Positions 40,695-50,403 of a stretch of DNA of 64,000 bases are shown in pieces. Source of the stretch: an uncultured Gammaproteobacteria bacterium. Its GTDB lineage: Bacteria > Patescibacteriota > Microgenomatia > PFEM01 > JAPLYW01. The position numbers and the translations under genes are program-made. Position 1 is the stretch's first letter, and each line of letters starts with the position of its first letter. Location: the NCBI GenBank assembly GCA_965230945.1, contig OZ246397.1, positions 438,284-502,283 of the forward strand, written 5' to 3'. Under the pieces are notes generated by a model. It worked only from the letters and a program-made list of their open reading frames with translations. It did no database searches and was not told the DNA's origin.

Positions 40695-42872
40695 CTATCT
40701 TCTATATTGGTATTGTCTGTGTTTAGAGGCGTATTTGTAGGAATAGCGATCGTTGGATACTTTAATAACTTTGTCTCGATTTTGATTGAAGGACTTAGGT
40801 AGAGGTAGGGTATAGGCAAAAAAGGGTCGAGAAGTTAAGTTATCGACGGCGAGTTTGAGAACAATCTGGAAGTTGGAAAGACCTACTAAATTCTTCTGAG
40901 TAAAGATACTTCCAAATTCTTTTTCTAAGATATAGGCATCTTCAGCGCCGACGATAAAAGAGATTAAAGTGCCGGCGTTGCCAAAAATAGCTTTCTGAAC
41001 CGGTTCATCAATTTGGGCAATATATTGATTAGTCAGGCAAAGGTTTAATCGATATTTTCTAGCTTCAGATAAGATTTTAATAAAAGAGTCAGTAGCAAAG
41101 TTCTGAAATTCATCAACATACAAATAGAAATCTCTGCGCTTTTCTTCAGGCATATGGACTCTGCTCATAGCCGCTAGTTGCAATTTACTGATAATCATGG
41201 CTCCTAAAAGAGCCGCATTATCCTCACCTAATTTTCCCTGAGAGAGGTTGAGAATTAAAATTTTACCTTCATTCATAATTTTTTCAAAATCAACTGTTGA
41301 GTGCGGCTGACCAATAATATCTCTAATTGAGGTTGAGGAGACAAACTGACCAACTTTGTTTAAAATAGGGGCGATGGCTTCCTGTTGAAGGCGGTCAGGC
41401 ATTCTTTCAAATTCTTTAAGCCAGAAATTCCTTAAGACTGGATCATGGAGGTTTCCCACTATTCTTTGGCGAAATTTCTTATCAGTTAATATTCTGGGGA
41501 TGTCAACCAATGTACTTCCAGGAGTTTTAACCAAAGTAAGCAAGGTATTACGGAGGATATGTTCCAGCCTGGGACCCCAGGAAAAAGAATAAAGTTTATG
41601 GAAGATAGAGATAATACCTGAGGCAATTAGCTCTCCCTGGGAAGGGTCTTTAACCTCTAAGATATTAATAGAAAAAGGAAAGTCTTTATTAGACGGGTCG
41701 AGATAACAGACTTCGTTGATGCGATGAGAGGGAATGTAATTGAGAAGAATCTCAGAAAGATCACCATGAGGATCAATTACCGCCAATCCACGCTTTTTCT
41801 TCATGTCATCAATGGCCATATTAGCGATCAAAGTTGATTTACCAGTACCTGTCTTGCCGATAACATATATGTGGCGGCGACGATCTTTTTGTTTAATGCC
41901 GAAATTGGTTAGTCTGTTTTTGAATTCAGTTTTGGCAAAAAAATTGATTTCTTGCTTTTGTTCTTCAGTAAGATTAATAGCTGCTGGCAGATTTTCTGGA
42001 GCCTCAGTTAATACTTGTCTTCCCCAAGAAATATTAGGGATCTTGGTTTGATCACTGGGCAGGTGCCATAAGGTAGCTAATTCTGAAATGGTTAATACTT
42101 GGTATTTGGGAATAGATTCAGGCGATCTTTTAAATAAAGACTGAATAGATTTCTTTTTTCTTAAGATGGATGGTTTTTTAAAGCCAAGACTGTTGCCATC
42201 ACCTTTAGTAAAGATGTCTAAACTGCCGACAATAGATTTTAAAAGGCTAGGATTGGAGGCAGCTACTCTGATACCTACAATTAGCCCTTGTTCCTGGATT
42301 TTTTGTTTAATGGCCGCTTCTCCAGGTAGGGGACGACGTTCATTTTCACCAGCCTTAATACCTTCATCAATAGCCTTTTGGCCTTGTTTCTGCCAGCCAG
42401 AAGGGGCTTTTTGGATAATAAATTGGATGATGCTTTTATCTTCTTCATTTCCTTTTGACATGACTGCTAAAAGATTGCTTAAAGGGTCAACATCAACAAA
42501 CTCTTTAAGAGTTTTTAAAGGGTAAAAGAAGCTCTTTTCTAAAATTAATTGGCCAAAATAAATTTTTTCTGGATTCCAATCTTGTAAATAATTGGTAATT
42601 TTATTTAAGACCGCCAAAGGATAAGCAGCTAGGATTTGGCTTTCAAAATAGGGAAGCAAAGATTTATCTAGAACGACGCAAAAATGAATTTGTTGCTGTT
42701 CACAAACAATCTCTAAAGTCAAAGATTCTGGTTTTTTACCTCTTAATTGCTCAAAAAAGCTAGGTAAAGAAAGAATTTTGGTGAATCCAGAAAACAAAGT
42801 ATGGGCATTTTCTGGAGTATACTCATTTTCCCTAGGAACCTTTATTTCTAAGATAACTTTTTCTTCAGGCAT
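40695..42872 (-). CDS. Second VirB4/TrwB-like ATPase (paralog of 2421-4748), inside the 16S-23S spacer
   Basis: GKTGTGKS, IDPHGD, WGPRLEH, YVDEFQNFAT, EARKY. Confidence 0.88.
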   Translation of the reverse strand: MPEEKVILEIKVPRENEYTPENAHTLFSGFTKILSLPSFFEQLRGKKPESLTLEIVCEQQQIHFCVVLDKSLLPYFESQILAAYPLAVLNKITNYLQDWNPEKIYFGQLILEKSFFYPLKTLKEFVDVDPLSNLLAVMSKGNEEDKSIIQFIIQKAPSGWQKQGQKAIDEGIKAGENERRPLPGEAAIKQKIQEQGLIVGIRVAASNPSLLKSIVGSLDIFTKGDGNSLGFKKPSILRKKKSIQSLFKRSPESIPKYQVLTISELATLWHLPSDQTKIPNISWGRQVLTEAPENLPAAINLTEEQKQEINFFAKTEFKNRLTNFGIKQKDRRRHIYVIGKTGTGKSTLIANMAIDDMKKKRGLAVIDPHGDLSEILLNYIPSHRINEVCYLDPSNKDFPFSINILEVKDPSQGELIASGIISIFHKLYSFSWGPRLEHILRNTLLTLVKTPGSTLVDIPRILTDKKFRQRIVGNLHDPVLRNFWLKEFERMPDRLQQEAIAPILNKVGQFVSSTSIRDIIGQPHSTVDFEKIMNEGKILILNLSQGKLGEDNAALLGAMIISKLQLAAMSRVHMPEEKRRDFYLYVDEFQNFATDSFIKILSEARKYRLNLCLTNQYIAQIDEPVQKAIFGNAGTLISFIVGAEDAYILEKEFGSIFTQKNLVGLSNFQIVLKLAVDNLTSRPFFAYTLPLPKSFNQNRDKVIKVSNDRYSYKYASKHRQYQYRR

Positions 42873-43010
42873 ATTCTTCTACTAAACTAGTTTTTATTAT
42901 AGCAGATTTTCTATTAATATGAATAGTTTTAACTTCTGTCCTATATCTTAGGTCAGGGTTAGTTTTATGCTGTTATTTTACCTAAATTTATGTTAAAATT
43001 TCCTTGCTTT

Positions 43011-43082
43011 GGGTGGTTGGCTCAGCGGTAGAGCGCTTCTCTGATAAAGAAGAGGTCATAGGTTCGACTCCTATACCACCCA
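43011..43082 (+). tRNA. tRNA-Ile(GAU)
   Basis: GGGTGGT/ACCACCC-A; CTTCT-CT GAT AA-AGAAG. Confidence 0.95.
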
Positions 43083-43090
43083 CTTGTTTA

Positions 43091-43119
43091 TTGACAGTTA
43101 GTTTAGTTTTTGTTAAAAT
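43091..43119 (+). promoter_or_regulatory. Promoter upstream of tRNA-Ala-23S-5S
   Basis: TTGACA, 17 nt ending in TGT, TAAAAT. Confidence 0.75.
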
Positions 43120-43259
43120 TGTTAACAGTAGTCAAGCTACTAAATTTATGAGAAGTCGTCAAACTAGATATTTTTCTTTACGAGACCTATTTTGTGGTGG
43201 AACTTGATTGACTTTTTAGTAATTTTAGGAAGCTGGCTCGGCCAGCTTTTTTAGTTTAA

Positions 43260-43332
43260 GGGCTCATAGCTCAGTTGGAAGAGCATCCGCCTTGCACGCG
43301 GAAGGCCAGGAGTTCGAATCTCCTTGAGTCCA
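43260..43332 (+). tRNA. tRNA-Ala(UGC)
   Basis: GGGCTCA/TGAGTCC-A with G3.U70; TCCGC-CT TGC AC-GCGGA. Confidence 0.96.
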
Positions 43333-44467
43333 CTTGCTCTTTGAAAAGTGGATAGAAAATCCGTCAGACGAAAGAAAACGGCGAAAAGCTACTTTTATTA
43401 AAGCAAGCAATGGATGTCTTGGCTGTTTAAGCCGATGAAGGACGTTGCCGTCAACGATAGCGTCGGGGAGGTGACAAGCAACCTTTGATCCGGCGGTTTC
43501 CGAATGGGGTAACCCAGCGCCTAGCGTTACATCTTGTTTTTCAAGATGGGGGAACCATCCGAACTGAAACATCTAAGTAGGATGAGGAAAAGAGAACAAT
43601 TGTTATTCTGTTAGTAGCGGTGAGCGAAAACGGAACAGCCTAAACCTTCTTTAGGAAGGGGTTGCGGGGCAAAAAACATAGGATTTGTTGAGGATAGAGG
43701 AATACTCCGGAATGGGTAGCCAGAGAAAGTGAAAGCCTTGTACTCGAAATCCAAAACAACCTTATTTTGTTCCCAAGTACCACGGAACACGTGTAATTCT
43801 GTGGGAAGCTACCAGGGACCACCTGGTAAGGCTAAATACTTAAACAGACCGATAGTGAACCAGTACCGTGAGGGAAAGATGAAAAGTCCCTGTAATAGGG
43901 AGTGAAATAGAACCTGAAATTGTTTGCTAACAAGCAGTCAGAGTCTTAATTTTTAAGATGATGACGTGCCTATTGAAGAATGAACCGGTGAGTATTCGTC
44001 TAATTGTCAGTTTAAGCTATTTTGTAGCGAAGGCGCAGGGAAACCGAGTCTGAATAGGGCGTAGGTCTTTGACCAGCGATTAGACGGATGACCCGAAACC
44101 GGGCGAGCTAACCATGAGCAGGGTGAAGCTTATCGAAAGATGAGTGGAGGCCCGCACCAGTGTCTGGTTCAAAAGGCTTGGATGACTTGTGGTTAGGGGT
44201 AATATGCTAATCGAGCCCGGAGATAGCTGGTTCTCCTCGAAATATATTTAGGTATAGCGGTGTTGTGCGTTTTGGTGGGGTAGAGCACTGAATGATGGCA
44301 GGACAGCAATGTCTTGTCATCAATCAAACTCCGAATACGCCAAAAAACATACACTAGTCAGTCTTGCCGGGCTAAGCTGGTGAGGCAAAAGGGAAACAAC
44401 CCAGACTCTCATCTAAGGTCTCTAAATCTTACTTAAGTGTTTAAAGGAGGTGAAGTTCCTAAAACAC

Positions 44468-44523
<56 letters not shown>

Positions 44524-45310
44524 ACAAGGGATTTTGCGCCGCAAATTCAGGAGGCTAAAGTAAGTACCGAAGATGGAGCTGCGTTTAACTTCGGTTAAAC
44601 GTGGGGTAGAGGAGCGTCGATATGGCAGTGAAGCCATTTTGTAAGGAATGGTGGAGTAGTATCGAGTGAGAATGCCGGTATGAGTAGCAAAATTCCAGTG
44701 AGAATCTGGAACGCCGAATGTCCAAGGTTTCCCACGTAATGTTTGTCAGCGTGGGGTTAGTCGACCCTAACCCGAGGCCGATTGGCGTAGGGGATGGATA
44801 GCAGGTTTATATTCCTGCACCTTAATTATTTCGTTATTAACTAGGGAGGGACGGGATTTGATAGATAAGGTGTCTTATTGATTTGACATTTAAACAACGA
44901 ATCAGTTCTAATAGGCAAATCCGTTAGAGCGACGATGAGTTGAATGAAAAGGCCAAAGGCAACGGCGGCCAATCTTATTGCGTTAAGTCTCCAAGAAAAG
45001 CTTCGTGGTGAGGAATAATTAGGATCGTACCGTAAACCGAAACAGGTGGACTGGACGAGTAGTCTAAGGCGGACGGGAGAAGAGAGTTTAAGGAACTCGG
45101 CAAAACAACTGGACGTAACATTTGGAGATGTCCTACCCTGTTTATCAGGGTCGCAGCGAAAGATTGCTTACCGACTGTTTAACTAAAACACAGGTCTCTG
45201 CAAAGGCGAAAGCCAAAGTATAGGGGCTGAGGCCTGCCCAGTGCCGGAAGGTTAAGAGGACCTCCTTTATGGAGAGAATTGAAGCCCCGGTAAACGGCAG
45301 CAGTAACTAT

Positions 45311-45580
45311 GAATAGATTGTAGTTGTAAAAGTCGACTATATGCTGGAACATCCGTACCGTCGTTAAAGAACACGAACGGTTGCAGTATCTGACGCTACC
45401 ATATTTTTATATGGTGACAATGCGATCAGTGCGGACAATCAGCAGGAAAGGCTTAGGTTTTTCTAAGAATCCTCAGAGACTATACGTCGACCTCTTAAAA
45501 TAGAAATTAAGAGATGATATAGTCCGACCTCATGGGCGACCATGAGACTCCGTATTCAATCGGAGCTTAGTAACAAAGTG
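45311..45580 (+). ncRNA. Group I intron at 23S position 1917 (E. coli numbering), 270 nt, no ORF
   Basis: GTAACTAT|intron...G|AACTGTTC restores helix 69; P1 AACUAU/GUAGUU; P3 GTCGAC/GTCGAC; CAGAGACTATACG and GATATAGTCC. Confidence 0.93.
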
Positions 45581-46160
45581 AACTGTTCTACGGTAGCGAA
45601 ACTCCTTGTCGTGTAAGTTACGACCCGCATGAAAGGCGTAACGAGTAAGCAACTGTCTTAAACTCTTTCCCGGCGAAATTGAAATGGCTGTGAAGATGCG
45701 GCCTAATTACTGCAGGACAAAAAGACCCCGTGAAGCTTTACTACAACTTGGCACTGAAAAATATACATGAATTGTTTAGAATAGGTGGGAGTCTTCGGAC
45801 GTCAGTGAAATACCACTCGTTTGTTTATGTTTTTCTTACCAAGATATGCTGGAAACGCATATTGGGACAGTGTCTGGTGGGTAGTTTGACTGGGGCAGTC
45901 GCTTGCTCAAGAGTAACGCAAGCGTACAAAGGTCAGCTTAGCACGTATGGAAATCGTGCTGGACGTATAAAGGCAGAAGCTGGCTTGACTGTGAGACTGA
46001 CAGGTCGAGCAGGAACGAAAGTTGGTCTTAGTGATCCTCGAATCCGAAGTGGTTTCGGATCGAGCTTAACGAATAAAAGCTACTCCGGGGATAACAGGTT
46101 AGTCGCGCCCGAGAGTTCATATCGACGGCGCGGTTCGATACCTCGATGTCGGCTCAGCGT

Positions 46161-46192
<32 letters not shown>

Positions 46193-46299
46193 TCTGTTCG
46201 CCCATTAAAACGCTACGTGAGCTGGGTTCAGAACGTCGTAAGACAGTTCGGTCTCTATCCGCAGTAATCGTTGGATATTTGAGGGAATCTGACCACAGT

Positions 46300-47055
46300 A
46301 GGAAATGCTGCCTTGGTGAGTAATTACCAAGGTCACTCTTGCTAAAATTGGTGAAATCCTCTAAAATGATATCGTTGGTCCTTTTGATTTAGAGGACCAC
46401 ACCAAGGGAAGGTTAGAATTTTTCTCTATGACAGATCAAGAAAAAGCATATATAGCAGGATTTTTAGACGGGGATGGAAGTATTATGCTTCAATTAAAGC
46501 CTAGAAAATTAGTAAGTTATGGCTTTAGAGTAAAAACAACGCTTTGTTTCTACCAAGATACACGTCATAAAAAGGGTTTATCTTGGATTAGGGGTAAATT
46601 AGGTATAGGATATCTTTCTCAAAGGAAAGATAGGATTACCGAATTAAGAATTGAAGGTTATAAAGCTGTTAAATCAGTTTTGAATGAATTAGCCCCCTTT
46701 ATTATCTTTAAAAAGAAACAAGTCAAAATTATTCTAAAGGCAATTTTAATAATGGAAAATAACCCTAATCCTAAGGAATTTCTGAAAGTTTGTAAACTTT
46801 CAGATGATATTTCTGCTATTAATTATGCAACTGTACGAAAAAAATATAATTATGTTTTCGTACGTAAGAAGTTTATAGAGAAAGGTTTGATACCCCCTTA
46901 ACGACTGATCCTGATTCACTTTTGTGAAGAAGGAGAGATAGGAGTTACTTCTACTTTATTAGTAGAAAATCTATGGCTCTTATAATAAGGCAAGCCCCCA
47001 GTTTTTTCTGGGGTGAAGGTATAGTCTAACCCTTTAGTAATAAGGGAATAAGTTG
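46300..47055 (+). mobile_element. Group I intron (756 nt) in the sarcin-ricin loop after U2656, carrying a homing endonuclease gene
   Basis: CACAGT|intron...TTG|ACGAGAGGACC restores AGUACGAGAGGAC; P1 CAGU/GCUG; P4 TTGGTG/CACCAA; P5 TCCTCTAAA/TTTAGAGGA; AACGACTG and GGTATAGTCT P7 elements. Confidence 0.92.
46428..46901 (+). CDS. Single-motif LAGLIDADG homing endonuclease
   Basis: AYIAGFLDGDGSI, FYQ, LAPFIIFKKKQ; I-CreI-like size (157 aa); stop codon abuts the intron P7 element. Confidence 0.93.
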   Translation: MTDQEKAYIAGFLDGDGSIMLQLKPRKLVSYGFRVKTTLCFYQDTRHKKGLSWIRGKLGIGYLSQRKDRITELRIEGYKAVKSVLNELAPFIIFKKKQVKIILKAILIMENNPNPKEFLKVCKLSDDISAINYATVRKKYNYVFVRKKFIEKGLIPP

Positions 47056-47363
47056 ACGAGAGGACCTGGTTGGAGGAATCCCTGGTGTGCCAGTTGTTCC
47101 TATCAAGGGCAACGCTGGGTAGCTACATTCCTTAAGGATAACCGCTGAAGGCATCTTAAGCGGGAAGCCTCACCCAAGATTAGATATCCTTTCTCCTTCG
47201 GGAGATGAAGATCGGTTGTAGACTACAACCTTTATAGACTGGAAGTGTAAGTAGAGTAATCTATTTAGCTAACCAGAACTAATGATCGAAGAAAGTAACT
47301 TTTTTGCCTTTTCTTTTGCCTAACGGTGATCTATCCACTTTTCAAGGAGCAAATTTGAAAATT

Positions 47364-47485
47364 TGCCTTGGTGATTTGAGCGTCGTCGAACTACTCTTTC
47401 CCATTCCGAACAGGATCGTAAAAGGCGACAGCGGGGACGATAGTTAACTCGCAAGGGTTTGCGAAAATACCTCATTGCCAGGGCA
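47364..47485 (+). rRNA. rrf: 5S rRNA
   Basis: TGCCTTGGTG/TGCCAGGGCA terminal helix, CCCATTCCGAAC loop C. Confidence 0.93.
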
Positions 47486-47564
47486 TTTTTGGTAAAATAT
47501 TATTGTCAAAAAGCACTTTTTGCTTTAGAATAGAAATAACAAAAGGAAAGAGAGGTAACTGTGA

Positions 47565-48740
47565 GTGGTCAAAAAGAACAAGAAAAAAACTTCTGTAAAA
47601 CCTAAAGAGTCTTTAAAAAAGGCTCCGGTAAGCGGTGCTTCTAAAAAACCCCAAACAATGGAAGATCTTCTTGAACAGAGTGGTTATCAGTTGCGTGGTT
47701 TTAAAAAAGGTGATGTTGTCGAAGGTATTATTACAGAAAAGACTAGAAAGAAGGTCTGGATTGATATTGGCGCTAAAACAGAGGGAATAATTCTTGATAA
47801 AGAAATTAAGACAGCCAGAGATTTTATTAACCAGCTTAAGATTGGTGATAAGGTAAAAGTTACCGTTTTTCAGCCGGAAAACGAGAACGGACAACCTCTT
47901 TTATCCTTTAGGAAAACCTTAGATGATTTTATTTGGTCAGAATTTGAAGAGAGCTTAAAAACGGGTAGTCCTATTAGGGTTAAGGGAGGAGAAGTTAATA
48001 GAGGAGGATTGGTGGTTGATGTCAAAGGTTTGTCTGGTTTCATTCCTTCTTCCTGTTTTAGTGCTAAATTGGCCGGCAAGATAAATGAGCTTGTTAACAG
48101 AAGCTTTGAGGCAAAATTAATTGAAGTTGATAGAAAGAAAAGCCGTTTGATTTTATCAGAAAAGGCAGTTTCTGAGTCGGATTTAATTAAAGAGCAAGAA
48201 GAAAAGTTGAATAAAATAAAAGTGGGAGATGCTTTTGAGGGAGAAGTAACGGGAGTTATGCCTTTTGGTTTATTTGTTAAGGTTAAAATTAAAGATGATA
48301 AAAAGAAGACAAAAAAAGATAGTATTTTCCTTGAAGGTTTAGTTCATATTTCTGAGATATCTTGGGAAAAGGTAGAAGATCCGAGTAAATTTTTTAAAGT
48401 AAAAGATAGGGTTAAAGTAAAAGTCTTAATTGTTGATAAAAAGAGCGGCAAGTTAAATCTTTCTATTAAACAATTAGAAAAAGACCCTTGGCAGGATATT
48501 GAAAAGAAATATCCGCTTGAAAGTAAAGCCAAAGGAGAGGTTATGCGTCTAGCTCCTTTTGGTATTTTTGTCAGCCTAGATAAAGGTATTGAAGGGTTGG
48601 TTCATATTTCTAAGGTTCCGGCAGAAAAAACAATGAAAGTTGGCGATAAAGTCGATTGCTTTGTTGAGTCAATTGATAAGGAGGCGAGAAAAATGAGCTT
48701 AGGTTTGGTTCTGAAGGGAAAGCCCGTTGGTTATAAATAA
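47565..48740 (+). CDS. rpsA: 30S ribosomal protein S1 (four S1 domains)
   Basis: Repeated S1 motifs FG.FV...EGLVHISE.S; LSIKQL..DPW. Confidence 0.92.
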   Translation: MVKKNKKKTSVKPKESLKKAPVSGASKKPQTMEDLLEQSGYQLRGFKKGDVVEGIITEKTRKKVWIDIGAKTEGIILDKEIKTARDFINQLKIGDKVKVTVFQPENENGQPLLSFRKTLDDFIWSEFEESLKTGSPIRVKGGEVNRGGLVVDVKGLSGFIPSSCFSAKLAGKINELVNRSFEAKLIEVDRKKSRLILSEKAVSESDLIKEQEEKLNKIKVGDAFEGEVTGVMPFGLFVKVKIKDDKKKTKKDSIFLEGLVHISEISWEKVEDPSKFFKVKDRVKVKVLIVDKKSGKLNLSIKQLEKDPWQDIEKKYPLESKAKGEVMRLAPFGIFVSLDKGIEGLVHISKVPAEKTMKVGDKVDCFVESIDKEARKMSLGLVLKGKPVGYK

Positions 48741-48748
48741 AAAAATTT

Positions 48749-50095
48749 ATGGCTAAGACAAGAACAGTTTTTGTTTGCCAGCAATGTGGGGCTGATACCA
48801 TTAAATGGTCGGGAAGATGTCCTAGCTGTGGGGAGTGGAATTCTTTAGTTGAGACAGTTATTCCTGATATTCATAAGGGAGCTTTTAGAGAAAAAGAAAA
48901 ACCAACCTTACAAAAACTTTCTCATATAAAAAGCATTAATCGAAGCAGGACTAAGACCGGTATTGGTGAGTTAGATCGTGTTTTGGGTGGCGGCATTGTT
49001 CCTGGATCTTTGGTTTTAGTAGCTGGTGAGCCAGGTATTGGCAAAAGTACCTTATTACTTCAATTGGCCTTTTCATTATCCTCTCAAAATTCTTCTCAAA
49101 AGAAAAACAAAGAGTTTAGTATTCTTTATATTTCTGGTGAGGAATCGCCTCAGCAGATTAAGCTAAGGGCAGAAAGATTAGGCATTAAAAAGGAAGATAA
49201 TTTACTTTTCTTGCCGTCAACAGATGTTGATCAGATAATTGGAGTTATCAATGACATTAATAACAAAGGTTTAGGTTTAGTAATTGTCGATTCTATCCAG
49301 ACTTTGGTAACCGAGGATTTATCAGGGAGTGCTGGTTCCATTGGTCAGGTAAGAGAATCTGCCTCACGCCTGCTTAAAACAGCTAAGATAACAGGTACGC
49401 CTATTTTTTTAGTTGGACATGTAACTAAAGAGGGGGCTGTAGCTGGACCCAAAATTTTAGAACACATGGTAGATACTGTTTTATCTCTTGAAGGGGAGAA
49501 GCTAGGTAGCTTTCGGCTTTTAAGAACTAATAAGAACCGTTTTGGAGCTACCGATGAGGTAGGGGTTTTTGAAATGACTGACAAGGGTATGATGGAAGTT
49601 GCTAATCCTTCAAGAATGTTTTTATCAAAAAGACAAAAAGGTGTTCCGGGATCAGTGGTGGTGCCTACCATAGAGGGGACAAGACCAGTTTTAGTAGAAA
49701 TTCAAGCCTTGGTAGTGCCGACACAGTTAGCTATGCCGCGCCGCTTTGCTTCAGGGATTGATAAAAATCGTTTACAGCTTATTGTGGCAGTTTTATCTAA
49801 AAGATTAAATTTACCCTTGGGGTCTTTTGATGTTTTTGTTAATGTGGCCGGAGGATTAAGGATTGAAGAGCCGGCTGCAGATTTGGGAGCGGCTTTGGCA
49901 ATCTTTACTTCTTTTAAGAATTTGTTTATTGGTCCTAAAACGGCTGTTTTTGGCGAGTTAGGCTTGCTGGGTGAGATAAGAGAGGTAGGTTATATAAAAC
50001 AGCGCCAAAAGGAGGCCAAAAGATTGGGTTTTACTAATCTCATTACTCCTGAAAAATATTCTTCTATTAATGAGGTTGTCGAGTCTTTAAAATAG
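48749..50095 (+). CDS. radA: DNA repair protein RadA/Sms
   Basis: N-terminal C4 Zn finger, GEPGIGKST, KNRFG, Lon-like C-terminal domain. Confidence 0.97.
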   Translation: MAKTRTVFVCQQCGADTIKWSGRCPSCGEWNSLVETVIPDIHKGAFREKEKPTLQKLSHIKSINRSRTKTGIGELDRVLGGGIVPGSLVLVAGEPGIGKSTLLLQLAFSLSSQNSSQKKNKEFSILYISGEESPQQIKLRAERLGIKKEDNLLFLPSTDVDQIIGVINDINNKGLGLVIVDSIQTLVTEDLSGSAGSIGQVRESASRLLKTAKITGTPIFLVGHVTKEGAVAGPKILEHMVDTVLSLEGEKLGSFRLLRTNKNRFGATDEVGVFEMTDKGMMEVANPSRMFLSKRQKGVPGSVVVPTIEGTRPVLVEIQALVVPTQLAMPRRFASGIDKNRLQLIVAVLSKRLNLPLGSFDVFVNVAGGLRIEEPAADLGAALAIFTSFKNLFIGPKTAVFGELGLLGEIREVGYIKQRQKEAKRLGFTNLITPEKYSSINEVVESLK

Positions 50096-50238
50096 AACCT
50101 CTTTTAGTTATCCACAAAACTTAATTTTTTGGGGAAAAGCTAATTTTTGAACCTAAAATAACAACTATTTTTATTATAGGATTAGTGGTTTTTCTTGATA
50201 ATTTTCCTATAGGATTGACAAAAGGAAAAAAATGTGGT

Positions 50239-50343
50239 AAAAAAACAAAGAGCATTATTATCGCTAGCAGACAGAGTCAACTACGAATAACAATGCTCTC
50301 TGTAGATCCGATCGTTAAATCAGGACAGGTGATCTAACAATCA
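50239..50343 (-). ncRNA. Candidate small RNA of about 105 nt
   Basis: - strand TTGACA (50378-73), 17 nt, TATTTT (50355-50); two hairpins, the second followed by TTGTTTTTTT. Confidence 0.4.
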
Positions 50344-50403
50344 ATCTTGAAAATAACATAATTGTTAAATACTGTCAAGACCGTTAAATGGCATTTTGAG
50401 CTA

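Noticed and set aside
50108-50116. Perfect DnaA box TTATCCACA in an AT-rich intergenic region (possible oriC)
   Set aside because: Only one box seen and no dnaA/dnaN nearby. Whole-genome GC skew would be needed.
50151-50184. TTATTATAGGATTA shared exactly with the xer promoter (12194-12207, reverse strand), within an imperfect palindrome
   Set aside because: A very AT-rich 14-mer that includes a -10 box; such a match between intergenic regions is plausible by chance, and the spacing does not fit an 11-6-11 dif site.
50350-50372. Resemblance to the XerD arm of dif (TTATGTTAAAT)
   Set aside because: The two half-sites overlap with no 6-bp spacer; better read as an operator-like palindrome in a promoter.
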